Positions 47,418-58,077 are shown, counted from the stretch's first letter. The stretch: 64,000 nucleotides of DNA from an uncultured Acidobacteriota bacterium (GCA_963789135.1 CAWBJJ010000002.1:23736-87735); one strand, 5' to 3'. The notes: generated by a model not told the origin, from the letters alone. Numbers and translations: made by a program.

Positions 47418-50141
47418 TTGCCCACTGAACAATCAAACCGCGCGGCTGTCGCCAGCCTGTCCTGTCAATTGCCGGAGGGGGCCATTGGTCTCGGCAAGGA
47501 ACCGGTCCGCCTGTCCTGGACTGTGACTTCAGCAGAGCTGAGTGGAGGGCAGACTGGCTACGAGATACAGAGCTCCGATTCGCCCGACTTCCGCGATCTC
47601 CTCGCGACCTCTGGGGAAATGGCGAGCCCGCAGCAGGTGGGAATCGTCGCTCCCGGCCCGGTCATGAAGAGCCGTGAGCGCAGGTTCTTCAGAGTTCGGA
47701 TCGAGACCGAGGCCGGGTGGACCGACTGGGGGCCGACGCTCCAGGTCGAGAGTGGGCTCGTCGAGGCGTCCGATTGGTCGGCTGAGGGGATCACCCTTCC
47801 CGGCGACCCGGGAGCAGAGCATCAGGCCCCAGTGCCATTGCTTCGGCGCGAGTTCGACCTGCCCTCGCACGTTTCACAAGCGCGTCTCCATGTGACTGCC
47901 CTTGGTATCTGCGACGTCGCGATCAATGGAGCCCCGGTCAGCGACGAGCTCTTCAACCCCGGTTGGTCGACCTATCACCGTCGGCTTCTGTCCGCCACAT
48001 ATGACGTGACCCACCTCCTTCGACGTGGCCCGAACCTGATTTCAGCGGCCCTCGGCGACGGCTGGTATCGGGGGCGGCTGGGTTGGAATCCCGAAGGTGA
48101 CCGTTGCAACTACGGCGAAGAGCTTGCTCTCATCGCTCAACTGGAGATCGACACCTCGGACGGGCAGTCCCACCGAGTTGTCACCGACGAGAGTTGGAAA
48201 GCGTCCACCGGTTCGGTCCGGTCGGCGGATTTCTACGACGGCACCGTGACCGACCTACGACAGGAACAGTTCGGGTGGGCATCTCCCGGTTTCGACGACG
48301 GCCACTGGGATCAAGTGAAGCTGGTCCCGTACGACAAGACCTTGATCCAGCCTCGCCTGGCGCCCCCGGTGCGCCGCATTGAATCTCGCCATCCCGAGGT
48401 GACCAAAAGGCCGGACGGCGTCATCGCCCTCGATGGAGGTCAGAACATCGCAGGATTCGTCAAGTTGACCATGCGCGGGCGCCCCGGCGACGAGGTGAAG
48501 GTGCGCCATGCCGAGGTGCTCGGTCCAGACGGCTCACTTCACACTCACCCGCTCCGATCAGCAAAGGCGACCGACACCTACGTCCTGGCAGGTGAAGACG
48601 CGGTCGAGCTGGAGCCGGCCTTCACGTTCCACGGCTTCAGGTACGCCGAGGTGGAGAGCCAGGCGGAGCTCCTCTCCGCCGAGTTCGTCGCCATCAGCAG
48701 TGATCTGACGCCGAGATCGAGCTTCGAATGCTCCCATTCGAGCCTCAACCGGTTCCACGAGAACGTGATGTGGTCGCAACGGGACAACTTCGTGTCCCTG
48801 CCGACCGACTGCCCGCAACGGGACGAGAGGCTCGGTTGGACCGGGGATGCCCAGGCCTTTGCGCCTACCGCGTGCACTCTCTTCGATTCCCACGCCTTCT
48901 GGCTGAGCTGGTTGGAGGATTTGAGCCTCGATCAGGACGATGAGTTGGGCCCCCCCGCCGTCGTCCCCGACGTGGTCATCGAGGGTGAGGCCCGGTTCGG
49001 GCGGGCCGGCTGGGCCGATGCCGCCGCCATCGTGCCATGGGCGGTTTTCGAGTCCTATGGCGATCCGGCGGTTCTCGAGCGCCAGTACGACAGCATGGTG
49101 CGCTGGGTCGACTCGCTCGTGACCCGGCGCGAGGCCGATGGGCTTCTCGGCCCGGCGATGCAATTTGGAGACTGGCTGGACCCCGACGCCCCCATGGATC
49201 GGCCCTGGGAAGCGAAGGCGGACTCGGTGTTCCTGTCCAATGCCTTCTTCTCGCACAGTGCTCGCCTGTTGGCCGACGCCGCGAGCACCCTGGAAAAGGC
49301 GCCGGAAACCGTCGAGAAGTACCGCGAAATCGCCGATGAGGTTGCCTCGCTGACCTGGGAGCGATGGGGAGCTCATGTGCGAGAGACGCAGACAGGATGC
49401 GCCGTGGCCCTTCAGTTCGACATCGTTCCCGAGTCTGAGCGGGCAGGGGTAGCGGCAACGCTCGCCAGGATGGTGGGAGAGGTTGGCGGGCGGGTGTCGA
49501 CCGGGTTCCTCGGCACTCCACTGGTGCTCCCCGCGCTGTCTTCGGCTGGTTTCTACGACGAGGCCTACGCCATGCTTCTCCGCAACGAATTCCCTTCGTG
49601 GCTCTACCAGGTCGAGATGGGCGCCACGACGGTATGGGAGCGATGGGACGCGATACGACCCGACGGGTCGATTCACCCCGGAACGATGTCGACCCCGTTC
49701 GAGGAGGAGGGAGAGTCCGAGGAGGGCAACATGCTCTCCTTCAATCATTACGCCTACGGGGCGGTCATCGACTGGGTCTATCGGAACCTCGCCGGCATTG
49801 CACCCGACGTCGAAGAGCCCGGATATCGCCGGATTGTCTTTGCCCCACGCCCGGTCGCCGGGGTCAGCTGGGCACACGCCTCGATCGACACCCCATATGG
49901 GCAGGCCGCCATCTCTTGGGATCTCGACGCTGCTGGCGGCCTCGTTGTCGATCTCGAGATTCCATTCGGCGCCGCCGGGGTCTTCATCCCTCCGGCGACT
50001 GCCGGATCGACGATTCGCCTCGATGGTGAGGAGCATGGAGGCCGGGTTGACCTATTACCGGGCCGGCACAGGGTCGAGGTGACGAGTCCATCGTTGGCGG
50101 ATCCGTCGCGGGCCACCGCGTCCACCCAACAGGATCAATGA
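47418..50141 (+). CDS. alpha-L-rhamnosidase (GH78)
   Basis: The 907-aa ORF contains DCPQRDERLGWTGDAQ and the usual GH78 domain order. Confidence 0.9.
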   Translation: MPTEQSNRAAVASLSCQLPEGAIGLGKEPVRLSWTVTSAELSGGQTGYEIQSSDSPDFRDLLATSGEMASPQQVGIVAPGPVMKSRERRFFRVRIETEAGWTDWGPTLQVESGLVEASDWSAEGITLPGDPGAEHQAPVPLLRREFDLPSHVSQARLHVTALGICDVAINGAPVSDELFNPGWSTYHRRLLSATYDVTHLLRRGPNLISAALGDGWYRGRLGWNPEGDRCNYGEELALIAQLEIDTSDGQSHRVVTDESWKASTGSVRSADFYDGTVTDLRQEQFGWASPGFDDGHWDQVKLVPYDKTLIQPRLAPPVRRIESRHPEVTKRPDGVIALDGGQNIAGFVKLTMRGRPGDEVKVRHAEVLGPDGSLHTHPLRSAKATDTYVLAGEDAVELEPAFTFHGFRYAEVESQAELLSAEFVAISSDLTPRSSFECSHSSLNRFHENVMWSQRDNFVSLPTDCPQRDERLGWTGDAQAFAPTACTLFDSHAFWLSWLEDLSLDQDDELGPPAVVPDVVIEGEARFGRAGWADAAAIVPWAVFESYGDPAVLERQYDSMVRWVDSLVTRREADGLLGPAMQFGDWLDPDAPMDRPWEAKADSVFLSNAFFSHSARLLADAASTLEKAPETVEKYREIADEVASLTWERWGAHVRETQTGCAVALQFDIVPESERAGVAATLARMVGEVGGRVSTGFLGTPLVLPALSSAGFYDEAYAMLLRNEFPSWLYQVEMGATTVWERWDAIRPDGSIHPGTMSTPFEEEGESEEGNMLSFNHYAYGAVIDWVYRNLAGIAPDVEEPGYRRIVFAPRPVAGVSWAHASIDTPYGQAAISWDLDAAGGLVVDLEIPFGAAGVFIPPATAGSTIRLDGEEHGGRVDLLPGRHRVEVTSPSLADPSRATASTQQDQ

Positions 50142-51562
50142 AAGGGCCCATTGCGATGCAACGCCAAACCATGACGTCTGACACTCAATCTTCGACCCTT
50201 ACATTTCCCACCGACTTTCGCTGGGGGGTGGCGACGGCGGCGTATCAGATAGAGGGCGCAGCCAACGAGGGCGGCCGGGAGCCTTCGATCTGGGACTCAT
50301 TCTCCAGGATCCCGGGGAAGACCCTCAACGGGGACACCGGGGATGTCGCCTGTGACCACTATCACCGGTTTCAAGATGATGTCGACCTCATGGGCTCCAT
50401 GGGTGTATCCGACTATCGGCTATCGATCTCTTGGAGCCGCCTCCTCACCGGCACGAATCTCAATCCGGAGGGCGTGGATTTCTATCGCCGTCTGCTCACC
50501 AGCCTGCTGGACGGCGGAATCACACCGTGGATCACGCTGTACCACTGGGACCTGCCGCAACGATTAGAGGATGCCGGCGGATGGCCGGCCCGAGAGACCG
50601 CACAGCATTTCGCCGACTATGCCGATGCGGCCCACTCTGCTCTGGGCGATCTTGCCAACAATTGGATCACAGTCAACGAGCCGGTGAACTCGTCGCTGCT
50701 GGGATATGCCGGAGGAATCCATGCCCCCGGGCTCAAGAGCCCCCTTGCTGGTTTGGCGGCCGCCCATCACCTCCATCTCGGGCACGGGCTGGCCACTCGT
50801 GCCATAAAGGAGCGCGATCCCACGGCACAGGTTGGCCCAGCCTTTCTCCTCACGCCGGTCCACCCTCTGACCCCGGAAGCCGGGGACCAGGCCGCGGCCG
50901 CGAAGCTGGACGGGATCCTCAATCGGCTCTTTCTCGATCCCGTGTTCCGCTCTGCGTACCCCGATGACCTGCTCGAGAACGTTGAGCGATTCGGATTCCG
51001 TGATGTCATCGACGATGGAGACCTCGAGACCGTCGCTACACCCGTTGACTTTCTCGGCGTCAATTACTACTTCCGGGTGGTCGTCAGCTCTGAGCCCCAA
51101 GGATCGGCTTCGTCTTTCGACTGGCGTCGCGATGCATGGGTTGGGTGCGAGGACGTCTTTCCCGTGGAGGTAGATGGGGTGAGAACCGAGATGGGGTGGG
51201 AGATCTACCCGGACGGCCTGACTGAGGTGTTGACTCGTGTCTCTGGGGACTACACGAAGGTGCCCATCTACATCACCGAGAGCGGAGCCGCGTTCGCCGA
51301 CGACGTGATCGCCGGTGCTCAGGTCCAAGACCACGATCGGGTGGACTACATGCGATCTCACATCTCAGCGGCAAAGCGGGCGATCGATCGAGGGGTTGAC
51401 CTCCGCGGCTACTTCGCCTGGTCCCTGCTCGACAACTTCGAGTGGACGTTCGGGTATGCGAAACGCTTCGGACTGGTGCACGTCGACTTCGAGACGCAGG
51501 TCAGGACTCCAAAGCAAAGCGCGGGCTGGTACGGGGACTTGATCCTCAACAACGGGCTTTGA
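50138..51562 (+). CDS. beta-glucosidase (GH1)
   Basis: Motifs FRWGVATAAYQIEGA, TVNEP and YITESG are present. An ATGA overlap links it to the GH78 gene. Confidence 0.92.
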   Translation: MKGPIAMQRQTMTSDTQSSTLTFPTDFRWGVATAAYQIEGAANEGGREPSIWDSFSRIPGKTLNGDTGDVACDHYHRFQDDVDLMGSMGVSDYRLSISWSRLLTGTNLNPEGVDFYRRLLTSLLDGGITPWITLYHWDLPQRLEDAGGWPARETAQHFADYADAAHSALGDLANNWITVNEPVNSSLLGYAGGIHAPGLKSPLAGLAAAHHLHLGHGLATRAIKERDPTAQVGPAFLLTPVHPLTPEAGDQAAAAKLDGILNRLFLDPVFRSAYPDDLLENVERFGFRDVIDDGDLETVATPVDFLGVNYYFRVVVSSEPQGSASSFDWRRDAWVGCEDVFPVEVDGVRTEMGWEIYPDGLTEVLTRVSGDYTKVPIYITESGAAFADDVIAGAQVQDHDRVDYMRSHISAAKRAIDRGVDLRGYFAWSLLDNFEWTFGYAKRFGLVHVDFETQVRTPKQSAGWYGDLILNNGL

Positions 51563-51572
51563 CGGCAGGCGC

Positions 51573-52607
51573 TCAGATGTGTCTGGGCCGCGAAGGCCCA
51601 GACCAGGTACTAGACCGCACCGGGCCGGTGCTGCTCCTCACTGACAGTTCAGAGTTGAAGACGACTTGCTGGTGCTCATGGCCTACGGCTCCGCATCCCC
51701 TGATCAACAGGTCGATGGCAGTGGCTCCCATCGCATACGCCGGCCTGGCGACCGAGGTCAGAGGAACCATGGCCGCGGATGCGAACTCGATGTCGTCGAA
51801 GCCGATGATCGAAACGTCATCCGGGATCGCATAGCCAAGGGAGAGCAAACGGGCCTCCATGCCCAGGGCGAGCATGTCATTGGCGCAGATCACCGCGCTG
51901 GGGAGTCCACGCTCGTGCAGTTCATCGGCGGCGAGACGCCCCGGCCCGGTGAGGATTCTCGGCACGGTGGTGACTTCGACAATCTCCATTCCCAGTTCCT
52001 GCGCCGTGATCCGCACGCCGTTGGCACGTGCCGTGATCTGCGGGGCGCCGACCGACCCCACCCAGGCGACGGCGCGATGACCGAGCTCATAGAGATGGCG
52101 CACTGCGAGCTCCCCACCGTGCACGTCATCCACCGACGAGCTGCAATGTTCTGTCGCAGGGTCTTCCAGGTCGGCGAGGATCACCGGCACACGACGTCCC
52201 ACGATCTGGCTCGTGGGCGCGAGATCTGTGGCCCTGGTGAGCAAGATGCCACGAACCCGCTGCTCCATGAGCACGTTCAGATAGTGGGCCTTCTCACCCG
52301 GATCCTCGGTTTCGAGCCAGCAGACGAAGAGGGTCCACCCTTGCTGGAGGGCATGTTCCTCGACGCCCCGGGCCAACTCGGTGAAGAAGGGGTTGCTGAG
52401 ATGGGGCAGCACCAGCGTCACCACCTCGGAGGTGCCCCTCCGGAGTTGGCGCGCTGAGCCATTGCGAACGAAGCCGAGCTCGCCTATGGCTTCCCTGACC
52501 CGGTCGCGGGTCGGCTCCGCCACCAGGTGGGGGCGGTTCAAGACGTTCGAAACAGTGGCTATCGAGACTCCTGCTCGTGCCGCCACTTCTCGCATTCCAG
52601 CCTTCAC
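51573..52607 (-). CDS. LacI-family transcriptional regulator
   Basis: The HTH REVAARAGVSIATVSNVLN is followed by a periplasmic-binding-fold body. The start is GTG 52607 or ATG 52595. Confidence 0.9.
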   Translation of the reverse strand: MKAGMREVAARAGVSIATVSNVLNRPHLVAEPTRDRVREAIGELGFVRNGSARQLRRGTSEVVTLVLPHLSNPFFTELARGVEEHALQQGWTLFVCWLETEDPGEKAHYLNVLMEQRVRGILLTRATDLAPTSQIVGRRVPVILADLEDPATEHCSSSVDDVHGGELAVRHLYELGHRAVAWVGSVGAPQITARANGVRITAQELGMEIVEVTTVPRILTGPGRLAADELHERGLPSAVICANDMLALGMEARLLSLGYAIPDDVSIIGFDDIEFASAAMVPLTSVARPAYAMGATAIDLLIRGCGAVGHEHQQVVFNSELSVRSSTGPVRSSTWSGPSRPRHI

Positions 52608-52673
52608 GTGGCGAGTTTACGGCCGGGCGAACCGACCTCAGCGATCCGACGCTGCTTGGGGGCGGATATCATC

Positions 52674-52687
52674 TTGAAACGTTTGAA
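52674..52687. promoter_or_regulatory. LacI-family operator candidate TTGAAACGTTTGAA
   Basis: It lies in the divergent lacI / aldolase-SDR intergenic region and matches 44170-44183 at 12 of 14 positions. Confidence 0.5.
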
Positions 52688-54710
52688 TTTGGGCTACGAA
52701 GAGGGGCGAACCATCACTCCGAACGTCTCGACCGCAACAGAGCAACCCCGCATCGATATCGATGTCCATCTCGACCTGGTGAATGTCAGCGCTTCGACAA
52801 AGGCTCTCCTGGCAGACCCGTTGAGCGCCGGCCTGGCGAGGGTCCTGACCATCGACAGCAACGATGTCCTCGGCCAGTTCGATCAGGATCGTCTGGACCG
52901 CCTCCGTGAGTCACATGGAGCGAGCGCGACCGAAGAGGAGTTGTTGGAATCACTTGAATTCTGCCGGTTCGGCACAGACGATTCCCCGCCTTCGATCGAC
53001 ACCGGGCTGCACGCCTTTGTCGCGGGCGGCCACATCCGGCACTCACACCCGGTGTCGATCCTTGCGATGGCGACGGCAGTGGACGGGCAGTCCCTCACGA
53101 AAGAGTGTCTTGGCGATGAGTTCACTTGGATCCCGTGGCGTCGCCCGGGACTCCGACTTGGCCTCGATCTCGCCGACGCTCAATCTGATCATCCGGATGC
53201 CGTCGGAGCCGTGCTCGAGGGCCATGGGCTGCTCGTGTGGGGAGAGACCGGTGAGGAGGCGCTGCACCGCCAAGACGCAGCGATCCAGAGAGCGGAGGCA
53301 TTCGTAGCCGAACGACTGCGGCCGAGCCCATTCGGACGACTGGTGCACAGCCGGATGTCCGGCTCGGAGCCGGAACGTCGGCGGCGCGCCGCCTGGCTCG
53401 CCCCGGTCCTGCGTGGCCTGGTTTCGACTGACAGACCGATGGTTGCCCATTTCACCGACTCCGATCGATTACTCGATTTCATTGGCTCCTCGGAAGGGCC
53501 CCGACTCGCAGACTTGGGAACGCCGTACCCTGAGCACGTTTCGATGACCAAGCCGTTTCCTCTCTTTCTCGACTCGCAGGTCGACGACCCGGTGGGCGAT
53601 GTTGTCGCTCGTGCGCGTCGATTGCATGGAGACTTTCGAGAGAGATACCAGCACTTCTACAAGCGATACCCCCGGCCTGAATCGCCTGTGATGAGAAGCT
53701 GCGATCCCACCGTCGTTCTCGTCCCTGGCGTTGGCATGTTCACCTTTGGAGAGGACAAGCGAGCCGCGCGGCGCACGGGCGAGGTCTATTGCAGCGCCAT
53801 CCAGGTGATGGCCGGCGCCGAGTCGCTGTCCGCATTTGCTCCCGCCGCCGAGGCCGAGGTCTTCCAGGTCGAGCACGGACCGTTCGAGGAGTCACGTCTA
53901 CAGCGCATGCCGAAACGGAAGCCTCTGACGGGTCGAATCGCTCTGGTCACCGGGGCAGCCAGCGGCATTGGGAAGGCCACCGCGGAGAGGCTGGCGGCGG
54001 AGGGTGCAAGTGTGGTCGTGGCTGATCGCAATATGGAAGGCGCCGAAGCGGTTGCCTCTCAACTAGGCCCCGACGTGGCGATCTGGACCGGCACCGATAT
54101 CACCGATGAAGAGGCGGTCCAAGAGCTGATGACGACCGCTTCGATTTCATTCGGCGGGTTAGACCTGGTCGTCAACAACGCCGGGCTTTCGATCTCCAAG
54201 CCTCTCCTGGAAACAGATCTCTCGGACTGGGATGTCCAACACGATGTTATGGCCCGCGGGTCGTTCTTGGTTTCCAAGGAGGCGGCAAGGGTCATGATCA
54301 GCCAGGGCATGGGCGGCGACATCGTCTATATCGTCAGCAAGAACGGTGTATTCGCAGGGCCGAACAACGTCGCTTACGCCTCGGCAAAAGCAGACCAGGC
54401 GCATCAAGTGAGGCTGCTCGCGGCAGAGCTCGGTGAGCACGGGATCCGGGTCAACGGCGTCAACCCCGATGCGGTTGTGAGGGGCTCGGGCATCTTCGCG
54501 TCGGGCTGGGGTGCAGAGCGCGCTGCTATCTATGGGGTCGAGGAAGAGGATCTGGGACGGTTCTATGCGCAGAGGACACTTTTGAAGAGAGAGGTTCTTC
54601 CCGAGCACGTGGCGGCAGCTGTTTTCACTCTGACGGCCGGTGACCTCTCCTGGACTACCGGCACCCACATACCGGTCGACGGTGGCATGGCTGCCGCCTT
54701 TCTCCGCTAG
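52674..54710 (+). CDS. bifunctional class II aldolase / short-chain dehydrogenase (RhaEW-like rhamnulose-1-phosphate aldolase / lactaldehyde dehydrogenase); start uncertain
   Basis: The aldolase part (PSIDTGLHAF...HSHP...WRRPG) is followed by an SDR part (TGAASGIGKA, YxxxK). The track ORF begins at 52527, overlapping lacI. Confidence 0.8.
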   Translation: MKRLNLGYEEGRTITPNVSTATEQPRIDIDVHLDLVNVSASTKALLADPLSAGLARVLTIDSNDVLGQFDQDRLDRLRESHGASATEEELLESLEFCRFGTDDSPPSIDTGLHAFVAGGHIRHSHPVSILAMATAVDGQSLTKECLGDEFTWIPWRRPGLRLGLDLADAQSDHPDAVGAVLEGHGLLVWGETGEEALHRQDAAIQRAEAFVAERLRPSPFGRLVHSRMSGSEPERRRRAAWLAPVLRGLVSTDRPMVAHFTDSDRLLDFIGSSEGPRLADLGTPYPEHVSMTKPFPLFLDSQVDDPVGDVVARARRLHGDFRERYQHFYKRYPRPESPVMRSCDPTVVLVPGVGMFTFGEDKRAARRTGEVYCSAIQVMAGAESLSAFAPAAEAEVFQVEHGPFEESRLQRMPKRKPLTGRIALVTGAASGIGKATAERLAAEGASVVVADRNMEGAEAVASQLGPDVAIWTGTDITDEEAVQELMTTASISFGGLDLVVNNAGLSISKPLLETDLSDWDVQHDVMARGSFLVSKEAARVMISQGMGGDIVYIVSKNGVFAGPNNVAYASAKADQAHQVRLLAAELGEHGIRVNGVNPDAVVRGSGIFASGWGAERAAIYGVEEEDLGRFYAQRTLLKREVLPEHVAAAVFTLTAGDLSWTTGTHIPVDGGMAAAFLR

Positions 54711-54842
54711 GTCGCCTGATGGAGGCGTGACTCCGATCAACGGAGTCGCGGCGCGGAATCTGACCTGTTCGGCGCCAGAACTCTGGCAGATCATGGAAAT
54801 GTGAGGATCTATGCTCGCGTCGAGTGAGTCTGCCGCCGCGCC

Positions 54843-55832
54843 ATGAGTGAGAGGGTGCGGGTCGCCGTCGTAGGGACCGGAGAGTGGTGGGGGCGCGAGC
54901 ACGCCCGGTTGTTCAGCCGACGAGTTGACACCGAGTTGGTGGCGGTCGTCGGTCGCACATGGGAAAAGACGGAAAATCGCGCCGCCGAGTTCGGCACAAC
55001 CCCCTATGTCGACCTCCAACAAATGCTGGAGGAGCAGAGACCCGATCTCGTCTCGCTATGCCTGCCCAACGAGCACCACTACGAGACGACCTTGCAGACC
55101 ATCGAGGCGGGGTTCCCGCTTCTGGTGGAGAAGCCGTTCGTGTTCGACCTCGAGGAATCCAACCGCCTGATAGCGGAGGCCGAGCAGCGCTCGCTGTTCT
55201 TCGCCATCAACTTCAACCACCGGTATGCGGTCCCAGTGGGCCGCGCTCGAAGGTCGATCGAGGCCGGGGACCTGGGCGAGATCGTCTTCGCCACGTGGAG
55301 ATTCGGTGGCGAGGCCGGGACGAGCGAGCACGCCCAAGCCAACCTCATCGAAACGCAGTGTCATGGCTTCGACATGCTCGAGCACCTCTGCGGTCCGATC
55401 GAGAGTGTGATGGCGCAGATGGTCGACAACCTCACGGGTCGCGGGAACTCGACGATGGCCATCGCCTTGAGCTTCGCCAACGGGGCGGTGGGAAGCCTGG
55501 TTGGTAGCTACGACTCCTCGTATGCCTACCCGAACACCCATTACCTCGAGGTGAACGGCACCGAAGGCAGGGTGCTCGTCGAGGACACGGTCCGAAGATT
55601 CGTCCTGAACAAGGCGGGTGACGAGAACTCGACTGTGTGGGCAGCGGGTTACTTCAACGACCGGGACCGGGACTTCCATGAGATGTTCGATCGACACCTC
55701 GACGAATTGATTCCAGCTTTCAAGAGTGGAGGGGAGCCTCCGATCCACGCCCGGGCCGGGCATCGAGCGCTGGAACTGGCTCATGCCGCGATCGAATCCT
55801 TCGAGACGGGCAGCCGGGTGGCCACTGGCTAG
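54843..55832 (+). CDS. Gfo/Idh/MocA-family oxidoreductase
   Basis: The N-terminal Rossmann segment is VAVVGTGEWWG; EKP and a C-terminal alpha/beta domain follow. Confidence 0.85.
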   Translation: MSERVRVAVVGTGEWWGREHARLFSRRVDTELVAVVGRTWEKTENRAAEFGTTPYVDLQQMLEEQRPDLVSLCLPNEHHYETTLQTIEAGFPLLVEKPFVFDLEESNRLIAEAEQRSLFFAINFNHRYAVPVGRARRSIEAGDLGEIVFATWRFGGEAGTSEHAQANLIETQCHGFDMLEHLCGPIESVMAQMVDNLTGRGNSTMAIALSFANGAVGSLVGSYDSSYAYPNTHYLEVNGTEGRVLVEDTVRRFVLNKAGDENSTVWAAGYFNDRDRDFHEMFDRHLDELIPAFKSGGEPPIHARAGHRALELAHAAIESFETGSRVATG

Positions 55833-55881
55833 GTGGCCAGCCAAAGATCGATTCACCTAGCGTGAGTGCCGATACCCACCC

Positions 55882-55968
55882 GGAGGGGTGTCCGAGTGGT
55901 CTAAGGAGACGGTCTTGAAAACCGTTGGGCCCAATAGGGTCTCGTGGGTTCGAATCCCACCCCCTCCG
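55882..55968 (+). tRNA. tRNA-Ser (anticodon UGA)
   Basis: Hand fold: acceptor GGAGGGG/CCCCTCC, anticodon stem ACGGT/ACCGT with loop CTTGAAA, T-arm GTGGG-TTCGAAT-CCCAC. Confidence 0.88.
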
Positions 55969-56025
55969 CCGCTCGACGTTTCGCGATCTGCGTTTAACGT
56001 TGAGCGGCGGCGCAACGCGCCGAAC

Positions 56026-56117
<92 letters not shown>

Positions 56118-56156
56118 GCTTTTTGGGGGACTCTCCCCGTCGGATACGCTCCGGGC

Positions 56157-56573
56157 ATGAACTGGACCCTCGAAGTCGTGGTAGTGCCGGTGACCGATGT
56201 CGACCGGTCCAAGTCGTTCTATGCCGATCAGGTCGGCTTCCACGTCGACCACGACACCAAGATCTCCGACGAGCTGCGTGTGGTCCAACTCACGCCACCT
56301 GGATCGGGGTGTTCGATCGTGATCGGCCTGGGGCTGGTCAACATGCTCCCCGGCTCGCTACGAGGGCTGCAACTCGTCGTGCCTGACATCTTTCAGGCGC
56401 GTGAAGAGCTCGTGGAACGAGGCGTCGAGGTCTCCGAGGTCCAGTCGGTCGACGGAGACAGTGAGAAGGTCCGCCTCGGTGGGACGGCCCTGGACAACGT
56501 TGGGTTCATCTATTTCGACGACCCGGACGGCAACGGTTGGGCGGTCCAGCAGATCTCCAGCCGCGGATCCTGA
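56157..56573 (+). CDS. VOC / glyoxalase-family protein
   Basis: The 138-aa ORF starts MNWTLEVVVVPVTDVDRSKSFY... and contains DPDGNGW. Confidence 0.8.
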   Translation: MNWTLEVVVVPVTDVDRSKSFYADQVGFHVDHDTKISDELRVVQLTPPGSGCSIVIGLGLVNMLPGSLRGLQLVVPDIFQAREELVERGVEVSEVQSVDGDSEKVRLGGTALDNVGFIYFDDPDGNGWAVQQISSRGS

Positions 56574-56640
56574 CGCTTGATCCCGGTTTGCCCGGGAGCC
56601 TGTGGGGATAATCAAGGGGACCATCGAATGGAGGTCTCCA

Positions 56641-57090
56641 ATGTCCGGCGCATCCGGCTTCACCGCGTGGTTCGAGAAGTTCTCCCATCGGGTGACCGAG
56701 GCCGCGGGCCGTCCCTGGGCGTTCCTGGTGGCGATCCTCGTGATCTTGGTGTGGGCCCTTACCGGGCCACTCTTCGGATTCGGTGACACCTGGCAACTGG
56801 TGATCAACACCGGGACGACCATCGTCACGTTTCTCATGGTGTTCTTGATCCAGCAGACCCAGAACAAGGACGGGAAAGCCGTGGAGCTCAAGTTGAACGA
56901 GCTGGTCGCGGCAACCAAAGGGGCGAGCAACCGGCTGATAAATGTCGAGGACCTCTCGGAACAGGAGCTGGACACGCTGCGTGAGTACTTCGAGGAGCTC
57001 GCCGAGCTCGCGGAGAAGGACAAGAGCATGACCGAGTCGCATTCTCTCGAGGAGGCGGAGCGCCGGCACGCCGCCAAATCCAAGAGCTGA
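56641..57090 (+). CDS. low-affinity iron permease family protein
   Basis: Translation contains FTAWFEKFSHRVTEAAGRPWAF... and two TM segments, then QNKDGKAVELKLNEL. The start is ATG 56641 or GTG 56602. Confidence 0.75.
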   Translation: MSGASGFTAWFEKFSHRVTEAAGRPWAFLVAILVILVWALTGPLFGFGDTWQLVINTGTTIVTFLMVFLIQQTQNKDGKAVELKLNELVAATKGASNRLINVEDLSEQELDTLREYFEELAELAEKDKSMTESHSLEEAERRHAAKSKS

Positions 57091-57093
57091 GGT

Positions 57094-58077
57094 TCAGGAC
57101 GGGCGAACGATGCAGCGAAACCCGAGGTGGCCGGTCGATGAGTCGATGGCCTGGGCCTGTCGGGCTGCGGGGCGGTAGCGGAGGCAGTAGTTGGGGGCGC
57201 AGAGGTGTGAGCCCCCTTTGATCACCCGCCGCGGGATCTGCTCGCCGGGCTGGCCTTTGGCGTAACTCGACTCGGAGAGCTCCATGTGCGGGTTGCGGGG
57301 AACACAGCAGGCATGCTCCACCTCTTCAGGGTGGTTTCTCGCGAACCAGTCGGTGGTCCACTCCCAGACGTTTCCCGTCATGTCGAAGAGGCCATAACCG
57401 TTGGCCGGAAAGCTTGCTACGGGCGACGTTCCCTCGAAGCCGTCGACCATGAGATTCTCCCAGGGGAACTCGCCCTGCCAGGAGTTGGCCATGGCCTTGC
57501 CGCCCGGGAAATGCTCGTCGCCCCAGGCGAACGTCGCGCCGTCCAGCCCGCCCCGGGCGGCATACTCCCACTCGGCCTCGCTGGGGAGGTCCTTCCCCGC
57601 CCAGCGGACGTAGGTCTCGACGTCCTCGAACGCGACCTGGACCACCGGGTGGTGGTCCCGCCCATTGATCGTGGTCCCCTTGCCTCCTGGGTGCTTCCAG
57701 TGGGCGCCGGGGACGTAGTCCCACCAGTTGTGGATGTTGTCCAGCGGCACGGGGCCTGTCGTCTTGTGGAATACGAGTGACCCCGGGACCAGCAGGTCGG
57801 GATCGGCGTCGGGGTACTGATCTGGGTCGAGGGGTCGCTCGGCCACGGTGACATACCCGGTATCCCGAACGAAACGCCGAAACTCGCCGGCGGTCACCGG
57901 ATTCTGGTCCATCCAGAAGCCGTCGACTTGGACCCGGTGCACCGGACGCTCTTCGGGGTAGAAGTCGGCGGAGCCCATCGAGAACTCACCTTCGGGGATC
58001 CAGACCATCCCGGGCTGCGGCGGTGGCCCCGGTACTTCCGAAGCCCCGGACCGGCCGATCTCGACGTTGATTCCCAT
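57094..58077 (-). CDS. formylglycine-generating enzyme (SUMF1/FGE) family protein
   Basis: Translation contains MVWIPEGEFSMGS..., RVQVDGFWMDQNPVT, WEWT and GGSHLC. Confidence 0.85.
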   Translation of the reverse strand: MGINVEIGRSGASEVPGPPPQPGMVWIPEGEFSMGSADFYPEERPVHRVQVDGFWMDQNPVTAGEFRRFVRDTGYVTVAERPLDPDQYPDADPDLLVPGSLVFHKTTGPVPLDNIHNWWDYVPGAHWKHPGGKGTTINGRDHHPVVQVAFEDVETYVRWAGKDLPSEAEWEYAARGGLDGATFAWGDEHFPGGKAMANSWQGEFPWENLMVDGFEGTSPVASFPANGYGLFDMTGNVWEWTTDWFARNHPEEVEHACCVPRNPHMELSESSYAKGQPGEQIPRRVIKGGSHLCAPNYCLRYRPAARQAQAIDSSTGHLGFRCIVRPS

